In this document: positions 1 through 8,197 of the stretch, in pieces
How positions within the stretch are numbered: the stretch's first letter is position 1
Layout: every line of letters begins with the position of its first letter
Source: a virus
Reading direction: 5' to 3' (one strand)
Virus record (IMG/VR): IMGVR_UViG_3300046812_000216
Span: 3,738 to 67,737 of that record
Length of the DNA: 64,000 nucleotides
The notes under the pieces: model-generated
Seen by the model: the letters and a program-made list of their open reading frames with translations, nothing else
Databases searched by the model: none
What the model was told of the DNA's origin: nothing
Position numbers and translations under genes: made by a program

Positions 1-2
1 AG

Positions 3-590
3 AACCTGAACAAGAACCAACTCGACAAGATCCGCTTTGCGCCCAACTCACAATTCAACGAGGTCGCTTGGTATTATCCATCGGCAGGCAGCGTCGAAAA
101 CGATTCTTACGTCAAGTTCAACGTGACCCTTGGCGTGTGGGATTTCGGCAGGCTGGCGCGGTCGGCTTGGATCAATCAGAGCGTCCTCGGCCCGCCGATT
201 GGCGCTGACCCGGTGGCCCTGAAGATTTATCAGCACGAGACATCGACCGACGCGGCCGGACAGCCGATGGTGTCATGGTTCAAAACCGGATTTTTCGCCC
301 TCTCCGACGCCGATGTGAAGACCTTCATCGATGAAGTCTGGCCCGACATGAAGTGGGGCTATTATGGCGGGCAAGCGAGCGCCACCGTCAATCTGACCTT
401 CGGCGTCAAGGATTTTCCAAGTCAAAACGCCTTCCTCGTCGGCCCGTTCAGATTGACGCAGAGCGTCGATTTCATCTCGCCGCGCGTGCGCGGGCGGCTG
501 GTTCAGATTTCGCTCGAGAGTCACGACCTCGGCACCTTCTGGCGGACAGGAGGCATGCGCTACCGGGGGAGCCCCGATGGCCGGTATTAG
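3..590 (+). CDS. Tail tubular/stabilisation-type virion protein, C-terminal part (5' truncated)
   Basis: Frame is open from the window start (NLNKNQLDKIRFAPNSQFNEVAWYYPS...ENDSYVKFN...WDFGRLARSAWI). C-terminal SPRVRGRLVQI...WRTGGMRY...PDGRY is typical of podovirus-like tail proteins. Confidence 0.65.
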   Translation, partial: NLNKNQLDKIRFAPNSQFNEVAWYYPSAGSVENDSYVKFNVTLGVWDFGRLARSAWINQSVLGPPIGADPVALKIYQHETSTDAAGQPMVSWFKTGFFALSDADVKTFIDEVWPDMKWGYYGGQASATVNLTFGVKDFPSQNAFLVGPFRLTQSVDFISPRVRGRLVQISLESHDLGTFWRTGGMRYRGSPDGRY

Positions 591-675
591 TCATCACCTC
601 CTGCTCGACGCCTCCTTGGTGTGCATCGCTATCGTCCTGCTCATGTTCTTGTTCACGCAAAAAAGGGACTGATCG

Positions 676-1059
676 ATGGACGCATCGATGAATGACATGC
701 TCACGGCCATCAAGAACATCGTCACGGCGATCAATGATCAGTCGCGCCAGACGCTGTTGATTGCCGGTTCACAGGTCGCGGAAGGGCTGGCGTCCACCAC
801 GGGCGGCATGGTTCTCACCGGGTCCGGGCGGCTGGTCAACATCAGCGTCGTCACGGCAGGCTCCGGCGCGGGCGAAGTTCACGACACCAACGTCGCCACA
901 AACATGACCGGGTCAAACTTTCTTTGCGTCATCCCTGCGGCTGTCGGCATCTATGCCATCAACATGCCGTTCAATCTCGGCATTGCCGTGAAGACCGGAA
1001 CCGGACAGGTGATCGCCATCAGCTATTCCATCGGCAACGTCGCCAGAGGAGGGCAGTGA
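676..1059 (+). CDS. Hypothetical virion protein
   Basis: 127 aa beta-rich ORF in the structural operon; its stop overlaps the next start (TGATG). Confidence 0.6.
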   Translation: MDASMNDMLTAIKNIVTAINDQSRQTLLIAGSQVAEGLASTTGGMVLTGSGRLVNISVVTAGSGAGEVHDTNVATNMTGSNFLCVIPAAVGIYAINMPFNLGIAVKTGTGQVIAISYSIGNVARGGQ

Positions 1060-1751
1060 TGCCCCTGATCAAATCGGGCAGCAAGGCTGCGATCTCGAAC
1101 AATATCTCCGAGATGATCCACGCCGGTCATCCGCGCGATCAGGCGATTGCCGCCGCCATGGACACCGCGCGCCGCGCCACGCGCGATTTCGGCGGTTCAA
1201 TGCCGCTCGGCAAGCCGCGCGAGCTACAAGGCCTCCAGCAGCTTCAGAAACTGCCCGGCGCGCCCTCGGCGAAGGTTCACACCGGCCCAATCCATTCCAC
1301 CGTTTCTGGGCGCACTGACCACCTTCCTGTTCACGTTCCAAGCGGCTCCTACGTCATTCCGGCTGATGTAATTTCCGGCATGGGCGAAGGAAACACCATG
1401 GCCGGTTTCAAAATCCTGAAGCGGGTGTTTTCCGGCCTGCCCTATGGCGGCGGCAAGCAGCCCTACGGCGCCAAAGGAGGCCCATATGGGCGAGGAAGCA
1501 ATCCTTACGACAGCGACTTGGGAAAGCTGTATGGCTCATCAATCTCTGGTCACGCCAAGGGCGGAAAAACCGGGTCGGATGTCAAAGTCGTGGTTGCGGG
1601 CGGCGAATTCACGCTCACGCCTCAAGAGGTGCTGAAGGCTGGCGACGGCGACATGGATCGCGGTCATCGCGTCCTCGACGACTTCGTCAAGCAGATGCGA
1701 GGTCATATTGTTCGAACAATGAGCAAACTACCGGGGCCAAAACATGATTGA
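1059..1751 (+). CDS. Putative internal virion protein with two SD-IPA-LS-GE(F/Y)V-like modules
   Basis: Start MPLIKSG at the TGATG overlap. GPIHSTVSGRTDHLPVHVPSGSYVIPADVISGMG and VKVVVAGGEFTLTPQEV resemble the module found at tape-measure C-termini. Contains RDFGG and HAKGG. Confidence 0.6.
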   Translation: MPLIKSGSKAAISNNISEMIHAGHPRDQAIAAAMDTARRATRDFGGSMPLGKPRELQGLQQLQKLPGAPSAKVHTGPIHSTVSGRTDHLPVHVPSGSYVIPADVISGMGEGNTMAGFKILKRVFSGLPYGGGKQPYGAKGGPYGRGSNPYDSDLGKLYGSSISGHAKGGKTGSDVKVVVAGGEFTLTPQEVLKAGDGDMDRGHRVLDDFVKQMRGHIVRTMSKLPGPKHD

Positions 1752-1777
1752 GGGGAGCCGCGTGAACGACTCCCCTG
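1751..1777. terminator. Stem-loop AGGGGAG...CTCCCCT
   Basis: Inverted repeat directly after a stop codon and adjacent to the solo pentamer repeat; no clear U tract. Confidence 0.4.
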
Positions 1778-1780
1778 TTT

Positions 1781-1835
1781 GCCATGCCAAGCCCCGCCTT
1801 ACCACGCCCAACCAAGCCGTGCCACGCCAAGCCAT
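1781..1835 (-). ncRNA. Solo GGY-NN pentamer unit (candidate guide RNA)
   Basis: 11 perfect RCC-NN pentamers on +: gccAT gccAA gccCC gccTT accAC gccCA accAA gccGT gccAC gccAA gccAT. Intergenic and flanked by hairpins. Confidence 0.7.
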
Positions 1836-1878
1836 CCTCTCTTTGGATGCGGAATGAGACAAAAATGAGGATCAGATA

Positions 1879-2403
1879 GTGACTGAGATATATCAACCGC
1901 CAAAGAAGATTTTCCCTGTGCGGTACGGCGTCCCGGAAGATGTTCATAATTTCATGGACCTGTGCCTCTTATGCACACAAGAAAATGGTCTGGCTGAAAT
2001 GAACGTCACCAAGGTTCTCAGCGAAGTCTGGGCGTCGTTGCATCATGATCGCGGAATCATTGGCGTGATTGGAGATCCGGGCAAGATCGAGGGCGGCGTC
2101 ATGCTGCGCATCGATTCGCTTCCTTACTCGGATTCTCCTGTTCTGGCGGAAAGAGCAATTTTTGTTCATCCAGATTACCGCTGGTCAAAGGGTAGCGGCG
2201 TCGGCGGCGGCCGGGCGATGCGTCTTTGTGAGTTTGCCAAGAATTGTGCTAATTCTCTTGATCTACCGCTGTTGATTGGGGTTCTGAGCAACCACCGGAC
2301 AGCGGCCAAAATAAAATTTTATGAGCGGGTTTTTGGTCAGCCAAGCGGCGCATATTGGCTCGTTAATTCGAAGACGGGCCTTAAACATGAAGCGGCGGAG
2401 TAG
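1879..2403 (+). CDS. GNAT-fold acetyltransferase-like protein
   Basis: IFVHPDYR...GGRAMRLCEFAK...KIKFYER matches GNAT motif A/B; lies just before the ejection protein genes. Confidence 0.65.
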   Translation: MTEIYQPPKKIFPVRYGVPEDVHNFMDLCLLCTQENGLAEMNVTKVLSEVWASLHHDRGIIGVIGDPGKIEGGVMLRIDSLPYSDSPVLAERAIFVHPDYRWSKGSGVGGGRAMRLCEFAKNCANSLDLPLLIGVLSNHRTAAKIKFYERVFGQPSGAYWLVNSKTGLKHEAAE

Positions 2404-2408
2404 GTAAA

Positions 2409-5400
2409 ATGGGTGGCAAGACTCAGCAATCATCTTCGCAAGTCTCGATACCTCCTGAAGTGCTCGCTCGCTATAATAGCGTCAACGCTCAAGCTCAAAA
2501 TGTCGCTGCGACGCCGTTCCAGCAATATTCGTCAGATCCGAATGCTTTTGTCGCGCCGCTCACCACCGCGCAGCAGGCTGGCATCCAGCAGACGGGCCAG
2601 TACGCCAACGCCGCGCAGCCATGGCTCCAGCAGGCCGGAAACATGACGATGGCGGGGTCCGGGGCCGCGACGCCGGGCGCGCTCGGCGCTGACCAGATCA
2701 ACCAGTATATGTCGCCATACACAGCAGGCGTCACCAACCAGATGACGCAATTGATGAACCAGCAGGCCCAGACCGCGCAATCGGGTCAGATGGGCAACGC
2801 CATCAAGAGCGGAGCTTTCGGCGGCGACCGCGCTGGCGTGGCGGCGGCCAACCTTCAGGGCCAGAATGCGCTCGCCTACGGCAACGCTATGGCTCCGGTT
2901 TTGCAACAAGGTTATAACACCGCGCTCCAAACCGCAGGCCAGCAGCAGCAACTCGATTATGCGTCTCAGCAGGCCAACCTACAGCGCCAGATGGCGGGCG
3001 GCCAGCAGATGGCTGGCCTAGGCATGAACGCCCAGCAGGCGGGCCTCGCAGGCGCGCAGGCGATGATGGGCGCGGGTCAGATGCAGCAGCAGACCCAGCA
3101 GGCGGGCCAGAGCGCGCTCTACAACCAATATCAGCAGCAGCAGAGCTATCCCTTCCAAGTGATGTCGTTCCTAGCGAACATCGCGGAGGGGACCGGCGCG
3201 CTGTCGGGACAAACAACGAACACAACCCAGCCCGCGCCGTTCTTCTCCGACCGGCGCCTGAAGGAGAACGTCAAGAAGATCGGCACCGCCAAGAACGGCC
3301 TGCCGATTCATTCCTTCAACTACAAGGACGATCCGGACAAGCTCACCCGGCTCGGCTTCATGGCCGACGAGGTCGAGAAGAAGCACCCGGAGGCGGTGGG
3401 CCTCGCTGGCGGCTACAAGACGGTCGATTACAAGCGCGCGGCCAGATCTTACGGCGGCGGCCTTGTCCCCATCGAATCTTCCGGCGGCAGCGTCACCGAC
3501 TTCGATCAGGGCGCGGCCTATGATCGCGGCGGATATGGCGACGGCGGAGGTCCGAATATTCAGGATTTGCTCAAGCAGCAGTCCCAGTCATATGCCCCGA
3601 TTACCGGAGGCGAAGAGCGTGACGTGACCGCAGGCCTGCCCGGCAAAGCCAAGAAGGGGCTCGCCGCCGCGTCACAAGGCCAACCGCGTCAGCCGCTGAA
3701 GCCAGCACAGGCGCCGGGTCAGCAGCCAAGCGCCCTGTCACAGGTTTCTCAACTCGGCCAGCAGGCCAAGAGCCTAGTCGATACCGGCCAGAAGGGTTGG
3801 GCTGGCGCGCAGGCTCTCAACAAGAACTTGTCGCAAGACACGGCGCCACAGAAAGATGCTCCTGTCACCCCAGCCGCTCCGCCTTCGCAGGATGTTCCCA
3901 CTGCTGCGCCGCCCGCGCCCATTGTGAATCCAGACACGCCAGCGCCAGAGCTTGACAACGCGCGCGGCGGTCTGATCCCGCGCCACGGCTACGCCACCGA
4001 TGGCGAAGTCCAGCCGTCCGGCGTCCCGGCAATGGTGCAGACTTCCGTCCCGTCGAACCTGTTGGCTGAGACGAAGGAATATCAGCAGGGCCGCGACGAG
4101 GCCCAGCAGGCGCAAGTCCGCGCCAACAATGTGCAGGACCAGCAGCGCGCCAACCTCGCCTCGGCAGGCATCAGCGCCACGCCGGACATGACGCCCTTCG
4201 GCCAGATGATGGCGGCGCGCGGCTTGCAGAATTCAGCAAAGGTCTACGGCGCGCCCGGCGGCTATTACGACCCGACCAATGGCGGCTCGATGTTTGGCAG
4301 TCGCGGCGGCCTGATGGGCCGCAGCCATTTCGAAAGCGGCGGCGACGCTCCCTACGAGGGCGACACCGGCCCCGGCGGGCTCGACATCCCGGTCGATCAA
4401 AGCTGGCGCGAAGACAAAAAAGAAGAAGACGCCATGGCGCCCAAGCCTCCGCCCAGCAGCGGCGGCAGCGGAGCCAGCGATGCGCTTGGCGCGATCAAGG
4501 GAATCGCCGGACTCGCGACGATGTTTCTCGGCACTGGCGGCCTCGCTGGCCGCCGCAGGCGCGAGGACGGAGGCGAACTTAAATCCGATCTTCCCGGCCT
4601 GCCGCCAGATGAAGGCGGCCCTCCCGATTCTGTGGCGGCTCCGGCGGCTCCGCAGAATTCCGGAACGCCAGAGCGTAGCTGGTGGGATAATCTGTGGGGC
4701 GGCGGCGATCTTAAATACATTCCCCCAGCAGAGCAGCATGCTCCCAACGATGATCTTGACCCGCGCGGACCCGGTGGCGCATGGGCGCCATATGGCGCAA
4801 AAGAAACCCCTGCGCCATTGCCTCCGCCGCGTCCGGCCGGGCTGGTCGCCGCCCAGCCCCATGAACGCGCTGTCGCCACGGATATGCCTGAGCGCCAGCA
4901 CAAGGCGACTGGTGTGGCTCCGCGCGAGGCGCAGGCCAGAGCAGAACAACCGAGAGGACGCCAGCCCATCATGATGATGGCGGCGCCGGAAGGTGGAGAA
5001 AAACTCCAGCCCGGTTATCACGGCGACTTTTTTGAAAACTGGGGCCGCGCCGATGGCGGCCGGATCTATCGCGATGACGGCGGCGCCCTTCAGTCGGATC
5101 TTCCCGGCCTCCCGGAGGACGAGGGAGGCCCGCCAGCGCCCAAGGAGCCAGTCTCTGAGCCTGAGCGCCCCAACCTTAGAGATGCGCCTCTGCCGCCCGT
5201 TAAACCCGCTGGTCTGGTTCATACAGGCATGGGCAATGGCCCCTTCCAAGATGTCGATTCCGAAGGGAATGTGATCGACAACAAAAATCTTCCTGAAAGC
5301 CCGCGCGCGCCGCCGGTTCGCCCGAAGACGCTTGCCCAAGCCGCTTCCGCGCATCCGAATCCGCGCGAATTCACGGCCGAGACTTCCTCTGCTGGCGAGG

Positions 5401-8195
5401 GCGAACCTATCGCCTTGGAGAGCTTCAGCGGCATTGAAAATCAGCCTCGGCTGAAGCCTGCCGACATTCCGGCAAAAGTTCCGGAAGCGACCGGCGTCGT
5501 TCCTCCTGCCAAGGTAGAGCCTGTTGAGCCGGTAAAGGTCGAGCCTGTCAAGACTGCGCCCGTTGCTCCGACCGGCGTGGTCGCGCCTGTCAAGGCGGCT
5601 GCGCCTGTCGAGCCAGTCAAAACCGCGCCTGTCGCTCCGACCGGTGTGGTCGCTCCGGTTGCAAAAACTCCTCTCGATGTCAGCGTCCCCCTTGGCGCTG
5701 GCGTTCTGCCTCCGGGGCTGCACAAGGACGCCAGCGGCCACTTCGTCAATGACGCTGGCGGGGTCTATGACGAAAATTATTATAAGGATGGCGTCCAGTA
5801 CACGAACAAAAACGGCGTCTGGACGCGAGGCCCGGAAGCGAGGAAAGAGGAAGGAAAAAGCGCGCAGGAATATGCGGACGAGTCTGCCGCCAAGGCGCAA
5901 AAGCCCGAAGTCGCAGCGCCGGTCGCGCCTGCTGGCGGCGTTGTCCCTCCTGAATCCAAGCCGGTTGCACCCGAAGCCAAGACCGCTCCGGCCGTTGCTC
6001 CGCAGTCGGCGGCTCCGGCCAGCGACGAGGCTGAATCGTGGCGTCGCGGCATCAAGCACGTCGAGAGCAATGGCGGCAACTATACGATCTTGGGTCCGGT
6101 GATCACCAAAGGCATGTATAGGGGCGACCGCGCCTATGGCGCCTATCAGATGATGGGCCGGAATATTCCGTCATGGTCGAAGGAGGCTCTTGGCTATTCG
6201 CTCACGCCGCAGCAGCTTCTCGCTCGCCCGGATTTGCAGGACAAGATCTTCGACTTCCGCTTCGCGCGCGACGTGAAGAAATATGGAAGTCCGCAAGACG
6301 CGGCGTCGGTTTGGTTTACCGGACACCCCTTGAGCACCGCCGGAAACAGAAGCGACCAACTTGGGACGACTGCGCGCGGATATGCCGCCAAGTTTACCCA
6401 AGGCATGAACGGATCTTTCGTCGATCAGGCTGGCCGCGTGGTCAGGCGCGCCGGACGCGACCTCGCCACCAGCGCTGAAAATGTCGGCAGCACGGTCAAG
6501 AGCGGCGCCGAAAGCCTCGGCAGCGCCGTCAGGGGCGGTTTTGATGCGGTCGGCAACATTTTCGGTGGCGGTGGCGGTGGCGGAAAAGGCCAGCGTAATT
6601 TTCAAGCCAACGCGGCCGATCAGGGTCAAAGCGGGAAGGGCGGCGATCAGAACTGGGGCCAACAGGCCGGAAACTGGTTTGGGCAGAACCAAAACTGGAT
6701 GATTCCTCTCCTGACCGGCCTAGGCACGATGGCGTCGAGCAATTCGCGTTACCTCGGCTCCGCAGTCCTGCAAGGCCTCGGCGGCGGCGCGCAGGCTTAT
6801 GGCAAGCAGCAGGCCGATCAGGCTAACATCCAGAACGTGGCCGCCCACACCGCTTACACGAATGCGCAGCAGGGCAACCTCGATCAGGACACCGCCAACC
6901 GGATGATCGACAACCAGCGCAAGGCGATGACATCGACCTTTGGAACCATGGGTCAGGTTTATTGGACGCGCGACGAAAAGACGGGAGCCATGCAGCCAAT
7001 CCCGGTCGGGCAATACGAGGAAATGCAGCGGAAAGGCACCGCGCCTCAATTTGTCTCTCCGCCGCAAGTCGGCACCGCGAACACCGGGGCGTCGCCCGGC
7101 GTCCCAGCCGTCAACCCGCCTGTTATGGGACCGAATGGTCAACAGGTCTTTAGCGGCCACCCAGTCGCACCGGGCGCCGTAGCGCCCGGCGGAGCCGGGG
7201 CTCCCGCTCCTGTTCCTGCCGTGGCTGGCGCTGGGACTCCCGCCCCCGCTCCCGCTGCTGGGGCCGAAGAAAAACCTGTTGGCGCCGGGGCTCAAATCGA
7301 AACAGCCAAAGAGGCTCGCGAGACGGGTGCTGGCGGGGCTGGTGTTGGCGCCGCAGCCATTACAGGCAGGACAAGTGGGGTTGAGGCTCCTCCCCCGCCT
7401 CCGGCTGTGGAGATTGATCGTCAGGGGGTGAATTACTCTGGCGACACCAGCACCGCGTCGCATCGCTATAATCGGTTCGACCCGACTCAGAAGGTGTATA
7501 CCGATCAGGGAGACGCTGATTTTAAGAAGGTCGATCAGGCCGCCAATGACGCGCAAACTCGCGCCGGATTGCAGCAGAAGATGATGAAGGTGTCGTCTGA
7601 TGTCCTTCAGAATAGGGGCTGGATGAGGACTGGACTCGGAGAAAGCACGCGCCGGGATATTTTTGAACTGATCAATAGCGCTCCGACGCTTTGGGGAGGC
7701 GGCATCAGTGAAAAGGCCCAAAAGACCATCTCTGATCACCAGCTAATGGAAAAGCTCTCGACCATACAGGCGCAGCAGCAAACAGCGGGTCATCCCACCA
7801 ACGATATGTTCAACGCGATGAGACAGGTCGCTAACCCAAATCCCTCTCAACAGGGAAAGACCGTTGCCGATTTGGTTGCTAGTTCTATCGTGGAAGATAC
7901 AAAGAACAGAGACAAAAAGGCGTTCTATACCAAGTATGGGTCTGAGAACAGAGGAAGTTTCTATGGAGCTTCCGACCGATTTGCTAAAGACAATCCAGAA
8001 GGAAATTACAGCTTAATGAAAGAACATCTCTCAAAGTTGCTTGAAAAGCATCCTGAGAAGGTGGCTGAATATATCCTTCATGCTCCAAAAACTCCAAAAG
8101 AGAGCAAGGCATGGAGCGATAGCGTTTTCGGTAACCACGAAGGCCGGAAGACTAAATATGTTCCGGGATTTGGCCGCGTGTTCACGGGAGAATAA
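2409..8195 (+). CDS. Large DNA-ejection/internal virion protein with internal peptidase S74-like domain and lysozyme-like domain
   Basis: Gln/Ala-rich N-terminus; FSDRRLKENVKKIG...FNYK...GFMADEVE...VDY (S74-like) near aa 280; IKHVESNGGNY...AYGAYQMM...QDKIF...AASVWFTG (lysozyme/transglycosylase-like). Confidence 0.75.
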   Translation: MGGKTQQSSSQVSIPPEVLARYNSVNAQAQNVAATPFQQYSSDPNAFVAPLTTAQQAGIQQTGQYANAAQPWLQQAGNMTMAGSGAATPGALGADQINQYMSPYTAGVTNQMTQLMNQQAQTAQSGQMGNAIKSGAFGGDRAGVAAANLQGQNALAYGNAMAPVLQQGYNTALQTAGQQQQLDYASQQANLQRQMAGGQQMAGLGMNAQQAGLAGAQAMMGAGQMQQQTQQAGQSALYNQYQQQQSYPFQVMSFLANIAEGTGALSGQTTNTTQPAPFFSDRRLKENVKKIGTAKNGLPIHSFNYKDDPDKLTRLGFMADEVEKKHPEAVGLAGGYKTVDYKRAARSYGGGLVPIESSGGSVTDFDQGAAYDRGGYGDGGGPNIQDLLKQQSQSYAPITGGEERDVTAGLPGKAKKGLAAASQGQPRQPLKPAQAPGQQPSALSQVSQLGQQAKSLVDTGQKGWAGAQALNKNLSQDTAPQKDAPVTPAAPPSQDVPTAAPPAPIVNPDTPAPELDNARGGLIPRHGYATDGEVQPSGVPAMVQTSVPSNLLAETKEYQQGRDEAQQAQVRANNVQDQQRANLASAGISATPDMTPFGQMMAARGLQNSAKVYGAPGGYYDPTNGGSMFGSRGGLMGRSHFESGGDAPYEGDTGPGGLDIPVDQSWREDKKEEDAMAPKPPPSSGGSGASDALGAIKGIAGLATMFLGTGGLAGRRRREDGGELKSDLPGLPPDEGGPPDSVAAPAAPQNSGTPERSWWDNLWGGGDLKYIPPAEQHAPNDDLDPRGPGGAWAPYGAKETPAPLPPPRPAGLVAAQPHERAVATDMPERQHKATGVAPREAQARAEQPRGRQPIMMMAAPEGGEKLQPGYHGDFFENWGRADGGRIYRDDGGALQSDLPGLPEDEGGPPAPKEPVSEPERPNLRDAPLPPVKPAGLVHTGMGNGPFQDVDSEGNVIDNKNLPESPRAPPVRPKTLAQAASAHPNPREFTAETSSAGEGEPIALESFSGIENQPRLKPADIPAKVPEATGVVPPAKVEPVEPVKVEPVKTAPVAPTGVVAPVKAAAPVEPVKTAPVAPTGVVAPVAKTPLDVSVPLGAGVLPPGLHKDASGHFVNDAGGVYDENYYKDGVQYTNKNGVWTRGPEARKEEGKSAQEYADESAAKAQKPEVAAPVAPAGGVVPPESKPVAPEAKTAPAVAPQSAAPASDEAESWRRGIKHVESNGGNYTILGPVITKGMYRGDRAYGAYQMMGRNIPSWSKEALGYSLTPQQLLARPDLQDKIFDFRFARDVKKYGSPQDAASVWFTGHPLSTAGNRSDQLGTTARGYAAKFTQGMNGSFVDQAGRVVRRAGRDLATSAENVGSTVKSGAESLGSAVRGGFDAVGNIFGGGGGGGKGQRNFQANAADQGQSGKGGDQNWGQQAGNWFGQNQNWMIPLLTGLGTMASSNSRYLGSAVLQGLGGGAQAYGKQQADQANIQNVAAHTAYTNAQQGNLDQDTANRMIDNQRKAMTSTFGTMGQVYWTRDEKTGAMQPIPVGQYEEMQRKGTAPQFVSPPQVGTANTGASPGVPAVNPPVMGPNGQQVFSGHPVAPGAVAPGGAGAPAPVPAVAGAGTPAPAPAAGAEEKPVGAGAQIETAKEARETGAGGAGVGAAAITGRTSGVEAPPPPPAVEIDRQGVNYSGDTSTASHRYNRFDPTQKVYTDQGDADFKKVDQAANDAQTRAGLQQKMMKVSSDVLQNRGWMRTGLGESTRRDIFELINSAPTLWGGGISEKAQKTISDHQLMEKLSTIQAQQQTAGHPTNDMFNAMRQVANPNPSQQGKTVADLVASSIVEDTKNRDKKAFYTKYGSENRGSFYGASDRFAKDNPEGNYSLMKEHLSKLLEKHPEKVAEYILHAPKTPKESKAWSDSVFGNHEGRKTKYVPGFGRVFTGE

Positions 8196-8197
8196 AG

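Noticed and set aside
4233-7739. Long antisense ORFs (608 aa, 339 aa; also 49032-51047 and others)
   Set aside because: Shadow frames of high-GC genes with clear products on the opposite strand.
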